Below the pieces are notes generated by a model that made no database searches, was not told the origin of the DNA, and saw only the letters and a list, made by a program, of their open reading frames with translations. DNA of 63,437 nucleotides, counting the filler, from Octopus bimaculoides (taxonomy: Eukaryota): assembly GCF_001194135.2 (NCBI RefSeq). It is 8 parts of 8 records of this genome, joined end to end, with 100 filler letters (N's around TTAATTAATTAA, not from the genome) between each part and the next. Parts side by side here need not be neighbours in the genome. Positions count along the whole stretch, not along the records: positions 1 to 18,588 come from NC_068990.1; positions 18,689 to 33,021 come from NC_068992.1; 6 more parts are not named here. The stretch is one strand, 5' to 3'. Both the position numbers and the translations under genes were made by a program. Below are positions 13,530 through 26,702 of this stretch, in pieces (the first letter of the stretch is position 1; every line of letters starts with the position of its first letter).

Positions 13530-13880
13530 AATAGTAGAAATATTTAGGAGGAACAAACAAGAGTGCCTGATAATGGACATGGCAGTGCCAAGAGATCAAC
13601 ATATCATAAAAGAAAGAGAAAAGATTGATAAAAATGGAGACCTGAGAATTGAGATAGCCAAGATGTGGCACCCAACCCGAAGAAGCATCTGGAAACTTTA
13701 GAAATACCCTACCATCTAGGTGTATTGCAAAAATCAGCATTTCTTGGAACTGCACACATATTGCGTAAAGTAGTCTGTCTGAGGTCCTTGTTGTGACATA
13801 GCAGACAGTACAAAACCACTGTACGTACAATATCTTCAACCAACAACATTACGACATTGGATACTGCGTGACGTCTTAAA
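13530..13880 (+). mobile_element. R4/Dong-clade RLE element, 3' fragment copy 4 with internal deletion
   Basis: KQECLIMDMAVPRDQHIIKEREKIDKNGDLRIEIAKMW joined to KHLETLEIPYHLGVLQKSAFLGTAHILRKV; ends in AAT/AAC repeats. Confidence 0.8.
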
Positions 13881-14409
13881 ATAATTATAACAACAACAAC
13901 AATACTAACTTGCTGAACGTGTATATTATGATATAAGCAATAAATTCCAGTGTTGAGTTCAATGAAACTAAGTTGGTAGTGCATCACTGTCTCGATGAGC
14001 AATGCTGTTTAAGGAAATAGCCGTTTTTATAATATAATATTGAAATACCGAAGGTTTGTGTTGCTTTAATGGTTATATAGGCACCCAGTTAACTGAGCAA
14101 TACATTAGTAGAATATTTATAACATTGACTTGAGTTTAATACTTTGATCTTTTTCATTTGATTATTATTGAACTGTTTCAGCTGTGAGAAAATTACACAT
14201 TTGATTTGACGCATTTCATACATCAATATAGCAACATGGTATCTTATATATTATTTAACTTTATAAGTCGTTAACAAAGGGTTAAGTTAGAGTTAGTTAT
14301 GAGCTAACAACTCTTTCAGACTTTATATACGATACAATGCGTCTCTTTAGTTTGCAAATCAATTAGAATTTTCTTTTCTTTTTACTCTCTTTTTTTTTTT
14401 TTTTTTTAG

Positions 14410-14510
14410 TTGATCTTTGTACGGCAATTGGCAGCGGCAGCGTATTGGCAACAACAAAACAAACTAAAACAAAATAATTTAAAGCGGAGACAACAGATGG
14501 AATTTTAAAA
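14410..14510 (+). other. Candidate non-coding (UTR or lncRNA) internal exon, 101 nt
   Basis: ~38-nt polypyrimidine tract ending AG at 14408-14409 and consensus donor GTAAGT at 14511-14516; stop codons in all three frames; not a recognised repeat. Confidence 0.45.
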
Positions 14511-16537
14511 GTAAGTGTATTTTCACATCATCTTTTTTTTTTCTTTTTCTGTAATGATGATGTATACATTTTTATGACTTATAATTACTCGTAAACTTTT
14601 TTTTAAGTTAAAAATCACCGATACATTTTATGAATCATAATTGCAGGTGAAATTTTACAGGTCATAATTGTGAATACTCTGTTTTAAACATAATAATCCT
14701 TGGTACATTCACTTTGAAAGTTACCAGTTTTATGAGATATTCACAAAAAGATGAAAAACCAAAATCTGAATGACTAATTAAAGCTAAGAAAATATTCAAA
14801 AGCACAATTGATTAAAATTCTTTTGTAAGTTTGCCAAAATTGATGCATATACGGTTTTTATGTGTTTTACAGTTGATTACAACAATGGTTCACACCTCGC
14901 CTTCTTACCGTTTGTTTGTTTTTGTATAAAATCTTAAAGCGCGCGTTTTGTTTTTATTTCTATATGTTGTTACTGTCGTTTAGCCCCAGGTGATCGCTAA
15001 ATGAGCAAACACATGATCAAAGGCATTTTATCTGAAACCACTCCTTTTTACATTACAAGCAATATATCTAGAAAGAAGGGAGTACAATAAGCGCCCATCG
15101 ACTGGCTGCTATTTCTAGCAGGCCGAGCAACCACGCAGAGGCTTTCCTGTTAACTCGAATCGTGGTTTATGCTAAGTTAAGGTCAGTGAGAAATCAAGCG
15201 GGGGAAGAAAAAAAAAAAAGAAAAGGATTGACGGCGAGTCAATGAGGCGTCTCTACGAGCCACTCGACATACTAGAAAAAGTAACCAAATCTTCCATAAA
15301 TTTCACCGAAAATTTTAAATAATGTGGCTACTGTAGAAAAAAAAAAGTCGAAGCAAGGATGTCCCCGATCATAGGTCTGCTCCATCGAATTTAACAAGAT
15401 GGTCACTAGTGGAATGACGTGATCATTGGTTTTTCTTTTTAGCACTGACGGTGTGATGGTCACAGAGAGAATGACATGTAAGCTTAAGTCTGCTTGATCA
15501 CAGTTGACCAGGGTTTAAACAACAACATGATCGAGTGATCATGACGACAGTTTACCTTCTAAAGCATTTGAGTTCAATTCATAATGTTTTACAGTGTTTC
15601 CGGCTCAGTTCGTTCTGCAATAAACAGGTCTCACATTAATAAGTATTTCATTAGTTTAAGTAACAACAGTACTGCATACATAAGCAATGTCCAGCTATCT
15701 TGCAGAGCAAAGTTTCACGGTGAAGACTGATATTTGAATAACATCAACAACAACCTACAGCATTGGAAATTCCAACAAATATTTCTAATGATAAATCAAT
15801 TTAAGTTCAACTGCTTCGCAGTATTTAATATGCACATATGTGCACGCTCATACGCATGTACACGTACATAAACAGACGTGCACTAATACTTAGTAAGAGA
15901 TGTGCATGTCGAGGCTGGAATTCCTGCAGCAACTGCAGAAAAAAATTAGATGAGTAGAGACTGTAGGATGTAAAAATAAATACTTCCAGGAACGGCAGAG
16001 TTTAAGTGCGATAAGAAAGAGCGAATGACTTGCCATTGCTTATAGTGATATAATAGTTGTTTCTAATGTAAGAAGAAGGAATGAAATTTAGGGAAGTGGA
16101 GTTAGTCGATTGCACCGACGTCAGTACTTGACTGATACTTTATTTAAGTGATTCCGAAAGGATGATAGCAAAGTTAATCTCGGTGGGATTGGAGTTTAAA
16201 AGGTAAAAGCCGAAAGAAATTGTGCTAAACATTTTGTCCAACGCTCTAACGATTTTGACGGATCGCTGCCTTTCAATGAAGATATAATATTGAGTTCAAA
16301 TTTTGACACAAGAGTAGCCGTTTCAAGGAAGGAACTAGTCAATTGCTTCGACCCCAGTGCTCAACTGGTACTTATTTTATCGACCCTGAAAGGATGAATG
16401 ACAAAGTCGACCCCGTTGGCATTTGAATCTACAACGTAAAAGACGGACGAAATTCACAGCATTCATCCTATTATTGCTGTAGAAAAGAAATGAACGTCAC
16501 AGCACTTCAGTTACTTTCGATAAATATATAATACCTA

Positions 16538-16733
16538 CGAGGGGCTGCTGAAAAATTCTTGGTTTGGGGTAAAAGAAAACACAAGAGATCAGTTAATCAT
16601 GATTTTATTTAACATATTCCCTTCTCAGATTCACACACGTATTGTAGCGGGCTGTAAAAGAACTCGGATGTTGGGCCTCCAGGCAGGCCTTTCGCAAAAC
16701 CCTTAAAGTCAAAAACTTTTCAGCATCGCCTTG
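16538..16733. mobile_element. Mariner-derived MITE with TA target duplication
   Basis: TA|CGAGGGGCTGCTGAAAAATTCTT ... AAAAACTTTTCAGCATCGCCTTG|TA: imperfect ~23-bp TIRs, TA at 16536-16537 and 16734-16735, no coding capacity. Confidence 0.8.
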
Positions 16734-17496
16734 TAAATCTTCTTGCAGTATCTTTTGCTGGTTTCAATCATTATAATACGGTCATGATGGGGCATCGCTC
16801 GGAACACTTTTGGTTGATTATATCAACCTTTGTATTTTGTACGTTAAAATCGTTTGTGTGAGATACAAAATGCAAATCGAACTTAGTGTATTAGGAATTA
16901 AGGGACATAGCCATCGATACTACAGTGCGTCTGTTTGAATACACAGGTTCTCAACAGACTTCACCCAGACTGCACTCACAAGGCAGTGGACAGCATAGCT
17001 CGAAACTATGTACAAAATCAAAATAAAAGCCCACTTGCCTAAAGTGCCGAACAATGAGATAGAACCCCAATCTAAGTAACTGCAATATTCACTTCTTAAC
17101 TTCACAGTTAAGTCTTATATCTAGTCAAGACAAATCAATACTATTGACGATATTGATCTGTAAGCAAAGTTAAAGAATTGCTTTGAAGTTTATCAAACTG
17201 CCATAATCTCACAGATGGTTTGTCACTGATCTAAACAATTACAATTGACTAAAAGACCAGCTATCGAGTGGTTTACGAGTTCAAAATCTGCCCAGAACAG
17301 TAGCAGGTAATAACTACAACTGATCAACCCAGATGGTCATTGTATCTCGTGTATTTTGAAGACGTTTATAGATCAGAGAACTGAGGCTGTGCAAATCTTA
17401 CCTTGGAGACAAGTGACGAGGAAGCTTGTTTATATTATGAAACTGTCTTGAAGTGTAAAATTGTTTGGCTTTCTTTAAAATAAGCATTATGACTAC

Positions 17497-17544
<48 letters not shown>

Positions 17545-17552
17545 GTCTGTCT

Positions 17553-17589
<37 letters not shown>

Positions 17590-17839
17590 CACAAACACAC
17601 ACACACTCTCACACACACACATATATACATTTATATGTATATACATAGATGTATAAATTATATACATATACATTATATGTGCATCCATATATATGTATAC
17701 GTGTGTCTACACACAATACGCAAAAAACATGTATGAATGTGCGTTACTATATATGTATACAGATATACATGCGTATATATATATATATACATACTAGCAT
17801 GAATACATACATATATATATACATATATGCATATATAAT

Positions 17840-17935
<96 letters not shown>

Positions 17936-18541
17936 TCTGTAGCTAGATGATAGCAGATAGCAACATTTATTTATTCAGTTTTTTTTTATATATAAAAACA
18001 ACTTTCAATGACAATTATGCACAGCTAAAGTACTCAGTGTGAATTCGGTAATTATATTTCTCTTGCAATAAAATCAAATAGTGTAGGTCAAATATATTCA
18101 AACTACCTGTGAGTTAATTGTTTCTTCTAATCATTTGACAAACGAATAAGAAAACAGACTTTTGAACTATATTAAACCCATAGAAAATCCTCCAGACGTT
18201 AGTCTAGGGACATAGTAAGCTGTCGCTGCATGAATCACGCCTGCTACTTTCTGTTTATGTAACAGTTAAATAAAATGAAATTTGTAGCTCAAGTAGGCAT
18301 GAATTATATATAGTGCTTTACAAGTAATACTAAGTTGTTTCACTTGGATACGCATACATACAAAATGCATCAGTATGTATGTGCCTTTATGCGTATATAC
18401 GTTCATATATGTATATACTTGTATTTATACATGTACCTCTCTCTATACACCAAAACACATTTATGCATATACATGTATGTGTGTGTATGTATAGATGTAT
18501 GTATGTGTGTATGTATGTATGTTTGTATGTATATATATATG

Positions 18542-18588
<47 letters not shown>

Positions 18589-18688
18589 NNNNNNNNNNNN
18601 NNNNNNNNNNNNNNNNNNNNNNNNNNNNNNNNTTAATTAATTAANNNNNNNNNNNNNNNNNNNNNNNNNNNNNNNNNNNNNNNNNNNN
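18589..18688. other. Assembly gap marker (44 N + TTAATTAATTAA + 44 N); seven such markers in the window
   Basis: The same 12-mer between N runs at 18633, 33066, 47679, 50868, 54961, 56764 and 61854. Confidence 0.95.
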
Positions 18689-19012
18689 TAGCTTGCTTAC
18701 CAACCACATGATTTCGGGTGGTTTTGGTAGACGCAAACTGAAAGAATCCCGTCGTGTATGTATGTATGTATGTATGTATGTATGTATGCATGTATGTATG
18801 TATGTATGTGTTTGTGTGCCTGTGTTCGTCCCCCGACCATCGCTTCACAACCGATGATGGAGTGTTTACGTCCCCGTAAATTAGCAGTTCGGCAAAAGAG
18901 ACCGCTCGACAAAGTACTAGTCTTACAAAGAATAAGTCCCGGTGTCGATTTGTTCAACTAAAGGCAGTGCTCCAGCATGGCTGCAGTCAAATGACTGAAG
19001 CAAAAATAACAA
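18689..19012 (+). mobile_element. SINE family B with internal deletion and internal (TATG)n
   Basis: AGCTTGCTTACCAACCACATG head and CCAGCATGGCTGCAGTCAAATGACTGAA tail, as in 46226-46618. Confidence 0.85.
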
Positions 19013-20591
19013 ATATACAAGAAGTTGACGTCTATAACTTGGCAATTCTTCTGACAGGAATACAAAAGTATAAAGAGCAGGTCTTGTGGTTTCCTGTTTC
19101 TCGTTCGATTCCCTTTTGTACTTCTCATAGCTCACGTTCTCTAGAGTGAAGATATTAATTTCACTGCTTTATCATTTTTGAGAATATGGACAAATTAAGG
19201 GAACAAATGTACTCCTAGAGTACACCCAATTAAATTTACGAAATTCGGTGAAGGGATGTGCGCGCACGCGTGTGTGTATGTGTGTGTCTGTATTACTATG
19301 TGTACATATATNNNNNNNNNNNNNNNNNNNNNNNNNNNNNNNNNNNNNNNNNNNNNNNNNNNNNNNNNNNNNNNNNNNNNNNNNNNNNNNNNNNNNNNNN
19401 NNNNNNNNNNNNNNNNNNNNNNNNNNNNNNNNNNNNNNNNNNNNNNNNNNNNNNNNNNNNNNNNNNNNNNNNNNNNNNNNNNNNNNNNNNNNNNNNNNNN
19501 NNNNNNNNNNNNNNNNNNNNNNNNNNNNNNNNNNNNNNNNNNNNNNNNNNNNNNNNNNNNNNNNNNNNNNNNNNNNNNNNNNNNNNNNNNNNNNNNNNNN
19601 NNNNNNNNNNNNNNNNNNNNNNNNNNNNNNNNNNNNNNNNNNNNNNNNNNNNNNNNNNNNNNNNNNNNNNNNNNNNNNNNNNNNNNNNNNNNNNNNNNNN
19701 NNNNNNNNNNNNNNNNNNNNNNNNNNNNNNNNNNNNNNNNNNNNNNNNNNNNNNNNNNNNNNNNNNNNNNNNNNNNNNNNNNNNNNNNNNNNNNNNNNNN
19801 NNNNNNNNNNNNNNNNNNNNNNNNNNNNNNNNNNNNNNNNNNNNNNNNNNNNNNNNNNNNNNNNNNNNNNNNNNNNNNNNNNNNNNNNNNNNNNNNNNNN
19901 NNNNNNNNNNNNNNNNNNNNNNNNNNNNNNNNNNNNNNNNNNNNNNNNNNNNNNNNNNNNNNNNNNNNNNNNNNNNNNNNNNNNNNNNNNNNNNNNNNNN
20001 NNNNNNNNNNNNNNNNNNNNNNNNNNNNNNNNNNNNNNNNNNNNNNNNNNNNNNNNNNNNNNNNNNNNNNNNNNNNNNNNNNNNNNNNNNNNNNNNNNNN
20101 NNNNNNNNNNNNNNNNNNNNNNNNNNNNNNNNNNNNNNNNNNNNNNNNNNNNNNNNNNNNNNNNNNNNNNNNNNNNNNNNNNNNNNNNNNNNNNNNNNNN
20201 NNNNNNNNNNNNNNNNNNNNNNNNNNNNNNATATATATATATATACATAAATATAAATTCATTTAAACAGCAGTTTTCAATGTTTCACCAATGTTTCGTA
20301 TCTTCAAAATTTGACACAGTTTTGCTATCTACATTCCAGAGATTGAACTTAATATCATTGTTAGAAACCAACTCCTTCTTTACAGGATGGCTTCAAATCA
20401 TTAATAATAAAAGAGAACATACATACATACATACGTACATACATAAAGAATAATTTTATCTTCGGGTATACATCTTGTAGTATGCTGTTTAAAGTCCGTT
20501 CACAATGTTCCGCTACCTGATGTTATCAACAGTATGGAGGTATATGTCACTGGATTTACTTCAGGATTCCTTCGTATCCGTAGTATTTATT

Positions 20592-20727
20592 AGAGAAAGA
20601 AAATGGAATTCAGAAATACTTCATTGTTCACTACGATTGTTTCCTATAGCATTTCCCTCGTGAGGCACCTATGCGCGATGGGTCGAAACGATCGTAGTGA
20701 ATCTCGTGAATTCTATTTTCTTTCTCT
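20592..20727. repeat. Imperfect inverted repeat enclosing a degenerate hammerhead-like motif (Penelope-like end)
   Basis: Outer arms 20592-20612 and 20707-20727 (1 mismatch); inner arms 20627-20643 and 20685-20701 (1 mismatch); right arm contains GAAAC-GATC-GTA with palindromic ACGATCGT. Confidence 0.6.
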
Positions 20728-21356
20728 CACATATTTTACATAAATACAAATATGCATAAATGTGGGTGATGTAATGTATGGTTCTTAGCATGTATTTAAG
20801 ATCCTAAATGGTTTTTTCCCCTGTAGCGAATTCTAAAGGTGTTTTCACTATTCCTATGACAGTTAATATTTCTCTTTGCTATATTTTATGAAGAGATTAA
20901 TTCTTTCATTTCTCCTCTTTATGGGCATTTTGTTGTCGTGTGGCTATGACATCCCCAACAAATGGGAATATCAGCAATTGATACTGTATATTGTGTGACG
21001 AAAAGAGCTATTGTTTATAGTTCACCAGAGAATGATTTAGTGAGTAGCAACCAACACATCTGCAAGGTAGCTAGTGATGCGTATTTCATATTTTCTTTAT
21101 ATGGTATGTGTAATGTCCATTACTTTCGTTTGTTTAATTTTGGTTGACATAAAAATATAGGATCGACTATCACTTGAATTGTTTTGCACGGTCAGTCATT
21201 AAATATTTCACTGAAGTGGAACAGAATTATATTAGCGAATTTCATGTGCATCGTATTTTCTAGGCCCAAGTGTATCTATTTATCTATTTGTCTATCAATC
21301 AATCGAAATATGTGCGTGTTCATATGTGTGCGCGCGCATATCTGTGTATGCACATG

Positions 21357-21399
<43 letters not shown>

Positions 21400-22230
21400 N
21401 NNNNNNNNNNNNNNNNNNNNNNNNNNNNNNNNNNNNNNNNNNNNNNNNNNNNNNNNNNNNNNNNNNNNNNNNNNNNNNNNNNNNNNNNNNNNNNNNNNNN
21501 NNNNNNNNNNNNNNNNNNNNNNNNNNNNNNNNNNNNNNNNNNNNNNNNNNNNNNNNNNNNNNNNNNNNNNNNNNNNNNNNNNNNNNNNNNNNNNNNNNNN
21601 NNNNNNNNNNNNNNNNNNNNNNNNNNNNNNNNNNNNNNNNNNNNNNNNNNNNNNNNNNNNNNNNNNNNNNNNNNNNNNNNNNNNNNNNNNNNNNNNNNNN
21701 NNNNNNNNNNNNNNNNNNNNNNNNNNNNNNNNNNNNNNNNNNNNNNNNNNNNNNNNNNNNNNNNNNNNNNNNNNNNNNNNNNNNNNNNNNNNNNNNNNNN
21801 NNNNNNNNNNNNNNNNNNNNNNNNNNNNNNNNNNNNNNNNNNNNNNNNNNNNNNNNNNNNNNNNNNNNNNNNNNNNNNNNNNNNNNNNNNNNNNNNNNNN
21901 NNNNNNNNNNNNNNNNNNNNNNNNNNNNNNNNNNNNNNNNNNNNNNNNNNNNNNNNNNNNNNNNNNNNNNNNNNNNNNNNNNNNNNNNNNNNNNNNNNNN
22001 NNNNNNNNNNNNNNNNNNNNNNNNNNNNNNNNNNNNNNNNNNNNNNNNNNNNNNNNNNNNNNNNNNNNNNNNNNNNNNNNNNNNNNNNNNNNNNNNNNNN
22101 NNNNNNNNNNNNNNNNNNNNNNNNNNNNNNNNNNNNNNNNNNNNNNNNNNNNNNNNNNNNNNNNNNNNNNNNNNNNNNNNNNNNNNNNNNNNNNNNNNNN
22201 NNNNNNNNNNNNNNNNNNNNNNNNNNNNNN

Positions 22231-22278
<48 letters not shown>

Positions 22279-24255
22279 TGTGTGTATGTATGTGTGTGTG
22301 CGCGTGTGTGTGCCTGTGTGCGTATACAAGATAGCACAAAAGTAGGTTTACAGTTATTCAACTATCTCTTTCGCATTCATATATTAACAGTTTAGATCTT
22401 AATTATAAAAAAAATTTGAAACCACTTTTCTATGCTAATTTAGTTAATTTTGTCAAGCACCCTTTTCAGTTTGTAAGATAGAGACCCGGACTGATAGGTC
22501 GAGACATATATTGTACCTAATACAAGTCTAATAAGAAATCCATCTCCTACTATTAATTAATAATATTACCCTAGCTACCACTGCGAAGCTCTTGAAGTAG
22601 ATCCAACGGAAGTGTACCACAACTGCGGATCACAACAGGTAGCCTAAACTGTTCCGATGCTCTACTCAACATTTAAACATACTAATTGACTTATACACGT
22701 ATTTGTCCAAATTATTTATTATCATTGTTATACATATATTTATATATTACTTGTTCTCGTTAAATAGCGCAGTCAAAAGGGTAAACCATAACACTGTCCT
22801 GGTATTTGCTTTTCCTTCATCTTACATTTTTATCTTCTGTTTCCATAAAGGGTAACCACAGCATAAGAGACATGCACTGAACGCTGGTCCGTCGGCTTTC
22901 GCCAATGTTCTCTCTATTCGTGACTTGTTCAATATCCTCGTTAAATCCAATATTGCATACGTTTTAGATCATAATTAACACGGGAAAATATATGCCTTTT
23001 TCAAATCTCTAACATCAAAGTCTTCAATTGTTTGCGTTATTTTATTTTTTATATATATATAATTCAGAGGAACGAATATTGGCATAAATGTTTTTCCGAT
23101 AAATATAGCATTTTTATATGTCAGTCAAAGGTAGTGCGTAACGTCCATGATTTTTTTCTGGTCCTTTTAGACTAACGAGATCAATGTAATTGATGATCAG
23201 TTTGAACATATGTAGATCGATACATCAATGTCTTTTGCGGGGGAAATAACGTGACTGAAGATGGAATTACGAAGGATTACGTTGGTTGAGTGAATGACTG
23301 GGTGAAATATACAGTGTGGGTTTTGAAAAGAGCAACACAGAAGATCAAAAACCACATTAAATGATCATATAGCACCAGGAGAGAAGACGAAAAGACAAAA
23401 TGAACTAGCAAAACTTACTGGATAATTCCAGATTCCGGATTTCTGGCTCTGCATAAGAAATGCTCTGGTAGAATCGTCCACAACATCGAGCAAAATGTTT
23501 AGCGTCATTTCTTATCTCTCTACGTCAGAAGTTCGCTGAGGTTGACCTTGCCTTTCATCGTTTTGATGTCGATGAAATAAATGCTAGTTAAGCACTGGTA
23601 TTGATGCAATCGAGTTACCCCTTCCCCAAGATTGCTTGTTTTGTACCGAATTTGAAATCAGTATATTTTTAAATGTTTGATTTTGGAAAATTTAAATGTA
23701 GTTAGTTAAGACTTTTGGCGGCGTCAAATAGCAAAATTCATACAATTAATGATATATATTGACTTGTAGAAATATTATGGTAATACAGGATACCAATGCA
23801 GTTGAAAACGGAAAATAAATTAAAGATAATAATAATATTGCAGAATTGGAAATAATAATAATATTGCGGAACAATAGTTGCTCTCGTTGGATGAGAATTC
23901 TATTGAAAAAAATTGCAGTTCTGGATTGACTGGAAAAAGAATTGTCAGTATATCTAAATTTTGTTGAAATCATCTGAGAGAGATTTTAAATAATTGTACT
24001 AAAGGAACAAAAGTTTAATTGAGAAAAATAATCACTGGTTAAATGTAGTGAAATGAAACCTGAAATATACGAACTCCAATGACTGCGAAAAGTTTCCTGC
24101 AATAAAAAGAGAAAAAGAGACAAAATAATGATCAGATAAATGGAAGATAAATTAAATAGGATTAACATTTCAAAGCGGAAAAGCTACGTGGGAGGAAATA
24201 TACGAACATTTGCACCGATGCTTACATCTACAATCATATATATATACATATATAT

Positions 24256-24324
<69 letters not shown>

Positions 24325-24723
24325 NNNNNNNNNNNNNNNNNNNNNNNNNNNNNNNNNNNNNNNNNNNNNNNNNNNNNNNNNNNNNNNNNNNNNNNNNNNN
24401 NNNNNNNNNNNNNNNNNNNNNNNNNNNNNNNNNNNNNNNNNNNNNNNNNNNNNNNNNNNNNNNNNNNNNNNNNNNNNNNNNNNNNNNNNNNNNNNNNNNN
24501 NNNNNNNNNNNNNNNNNNNNNNNNNNNNNNNNNNNNNNNNNNNNNNNNNNNNNNNNNNNNNNNNNNNNNNNNNNNNNNNNNNNNNNNNNNNNNNNNNNNN
24601 NNNNNNNNNNNNNNNNNNNNNNNNNNNNNNNNNNNNNNNNNNNNNNNNNNNNNNNNNNNNNNNNNNNNNNNNNNNNNNNNNNNNNNNNNNNNNNNNNNNN
24701 NNNNNNNNNNNNNNNNNNNNNNN

Positions 24724-24771
<48 letters not shown>

Positions 24772-26560
24772 TTGCATGTCAGTGCATATGTGTGTGCATA
24801 CATGTGCACAGGTGCGTGCGTGTGTGTGTACGTGTGAGCGTACGTATGTGTGCATTGTGCGTGTGCAGCATCCGAAATGAATGCTCAATTACTTATATAC
24901 ATAATGACTAGGTTAATTAGGCTAAGTAAATGAATCTTGTATCTATACAGGAATAGGGGAAAAGGCGATTAAAAGAGTAAATGACATGGATGTGTGTGTG
25001 TGTGTGCGTGTGTATTTGTGTGTGTATATATATATACATTATACATGTACATATATATATAATATATAGATACATATATATATATATATGTATGTGTAAT
25101 TCATATATATATATATATATATATATATAAGCATGTATGTATGTATGTATGTATGTATGTATGTATGTATGTGTGTATAAAATCGAGAGGCCTATGTATA
25201 GAAATACAGTTAGAATGAAATTGAATTAAATAGATAATGAAGTGATCCCAAATAGGATAAAATTATACTTAATGTTAAAATTCAAATTAAGATTAAAATT
25301 AAGGTAAAAGCAAATGGATTTAAGTGGTCGAAAAAGGAATGGCAAGTTTAATTGAATTACATAAAGGAACCTTGGATCTCTACGTGATCGGGTGAGAAAT
25401 ATGGAGTAAAGGTTAGACTAAATTTAGAAAGTGTTGCTTCGGTTTTTCTGTAGATTAACTGCTTGTAGAAATTTGTAAAGAGCTGTAAAGGAACATTACA
25501 TATAAACGTATATGAGCATCTGAGAGTAATGGCAGGTGGCCTAGTGGTGGAAATGTCCGATTATAATCGTGAAACTGTGGGCTCAATTCCAAGATTGAGT
25601 TGAATGTGTTTGGTGAAAGAATTTAATTTTTCATATTTGCATGTGCAATAAGTACAAGCTGGCTGCTGGTACAACATTTTCTCCCTTAAGTTGTTACATG
25701 CTACTATTTATAGCTTTATGCACTTCTAGATCCAGTGTTCCAAAAGAATAAAAAGAATTATTACCGTTTTTTTTTTTCGAGAGTTAATAAATTTTTATGA
25801 CGCCAACAACATATAATTGTCGCTGGTAGGAATAAAGATTCTAAAACGGAAGCAAAAATTCGACGGTTTGCTTTGGTACAATGGTAGAATGCCTGTTATG
25901 TCTAGAGAAGACGTAGAAGAAGAAGAAGACTATTTTCAATTGTAGGCAGCTAATCGATTACATCGACTCTCACACTTGATTAGTACTTTATTTTATCGGC
26001 CCCAAAAGAGCCAAAATAAATCATGGAAGGCATTTTTTCGACACTCTAATGAATCTGCCAGCACGCTCTTCCTAAGAAGTTCAATAAGTCATTCTAATTT
26101 TGGCACCAGACCAGAAATTTTGATAGGAGGGAAAAGCCGATTACATTTTAAGCAATACTTGAGTAACAATTCATTTTAGTGACTGGAAAAAAAGGATTAA
26201 ATGTTATCTTCCTTGGTATTTGAGCTCAGAACCTTAAGTGCCGGTAAATAATTATCGAAAATAACGTAAATTTTGTAAAACATTTTTCCGAATCTGTAAC
26301 GATTCTTACCAGTTTATAATTAAAAAAATTCTTTCTAATTTCGATACAAGGCCAGCCCTTTTAGAGGGAGGAATCAGTCGATTACGTTAAAATTAGTATC
26401 TATCTGGTACTTTATTTTATCTTGCTCGAAAGGATGAAATGTAATATTAGCCTAAATGGGATTTGTACTCAAATTTAAGCGGAAACTTATTGTAGCAGCT
26501 TAAGATCAAGCACTGTCAACAAACAACTTGAGAAAATATAGCCAAATCAAATGAATGAAT

Positions 26561-26702
26561 ATTAAAATTAACAATAACAGACAAGAGGACGTGCACAATG
26601 AATGTATTAGTTTGACGCTCAGTAAAAAGGGGGAGTTTTACCGAGCATCAAACCAATACGTTCCTTGTGCACGTCCTCTTGTTTGTTATTGTTAATTTTA
26701 AT
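26561..26702. repeat. 67-bp inverted repeat with 8-nt loop (Penelope-like terminal sequence)
   Basis: Arms 26561-26627 and 26636-26702, loop AGGGGGAG. The arm segment ATGTATTAGTTTGACGCTC is shared with the dispersed elements near 51095 and 59817. Confidence 0.85.

Noticed and set aside
17402-17472. Minus-strand 71-nt exon candidate with a CAAG|GTAAGA donor
   Set aside because: Weak acceptor, no recognisable peptide and no partner exons.
18633-18644. TTAATTAATTAA recurring seven times as a possible regulatory or recombination motif
   Set aside because: It always sits between two N runs (44 N each side where counted, 100 nt in total), so it is a scaffolding gap marker.
23740-24170. Very old LINE remnants here and at ~28300-29000, ~29260-29480, ~29950-30900 and ~42520-43100
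   Set aside because: Only faint motif resemblance (e.g. WIDWKK); too degraded to assign boundaries or clade without a profile search.
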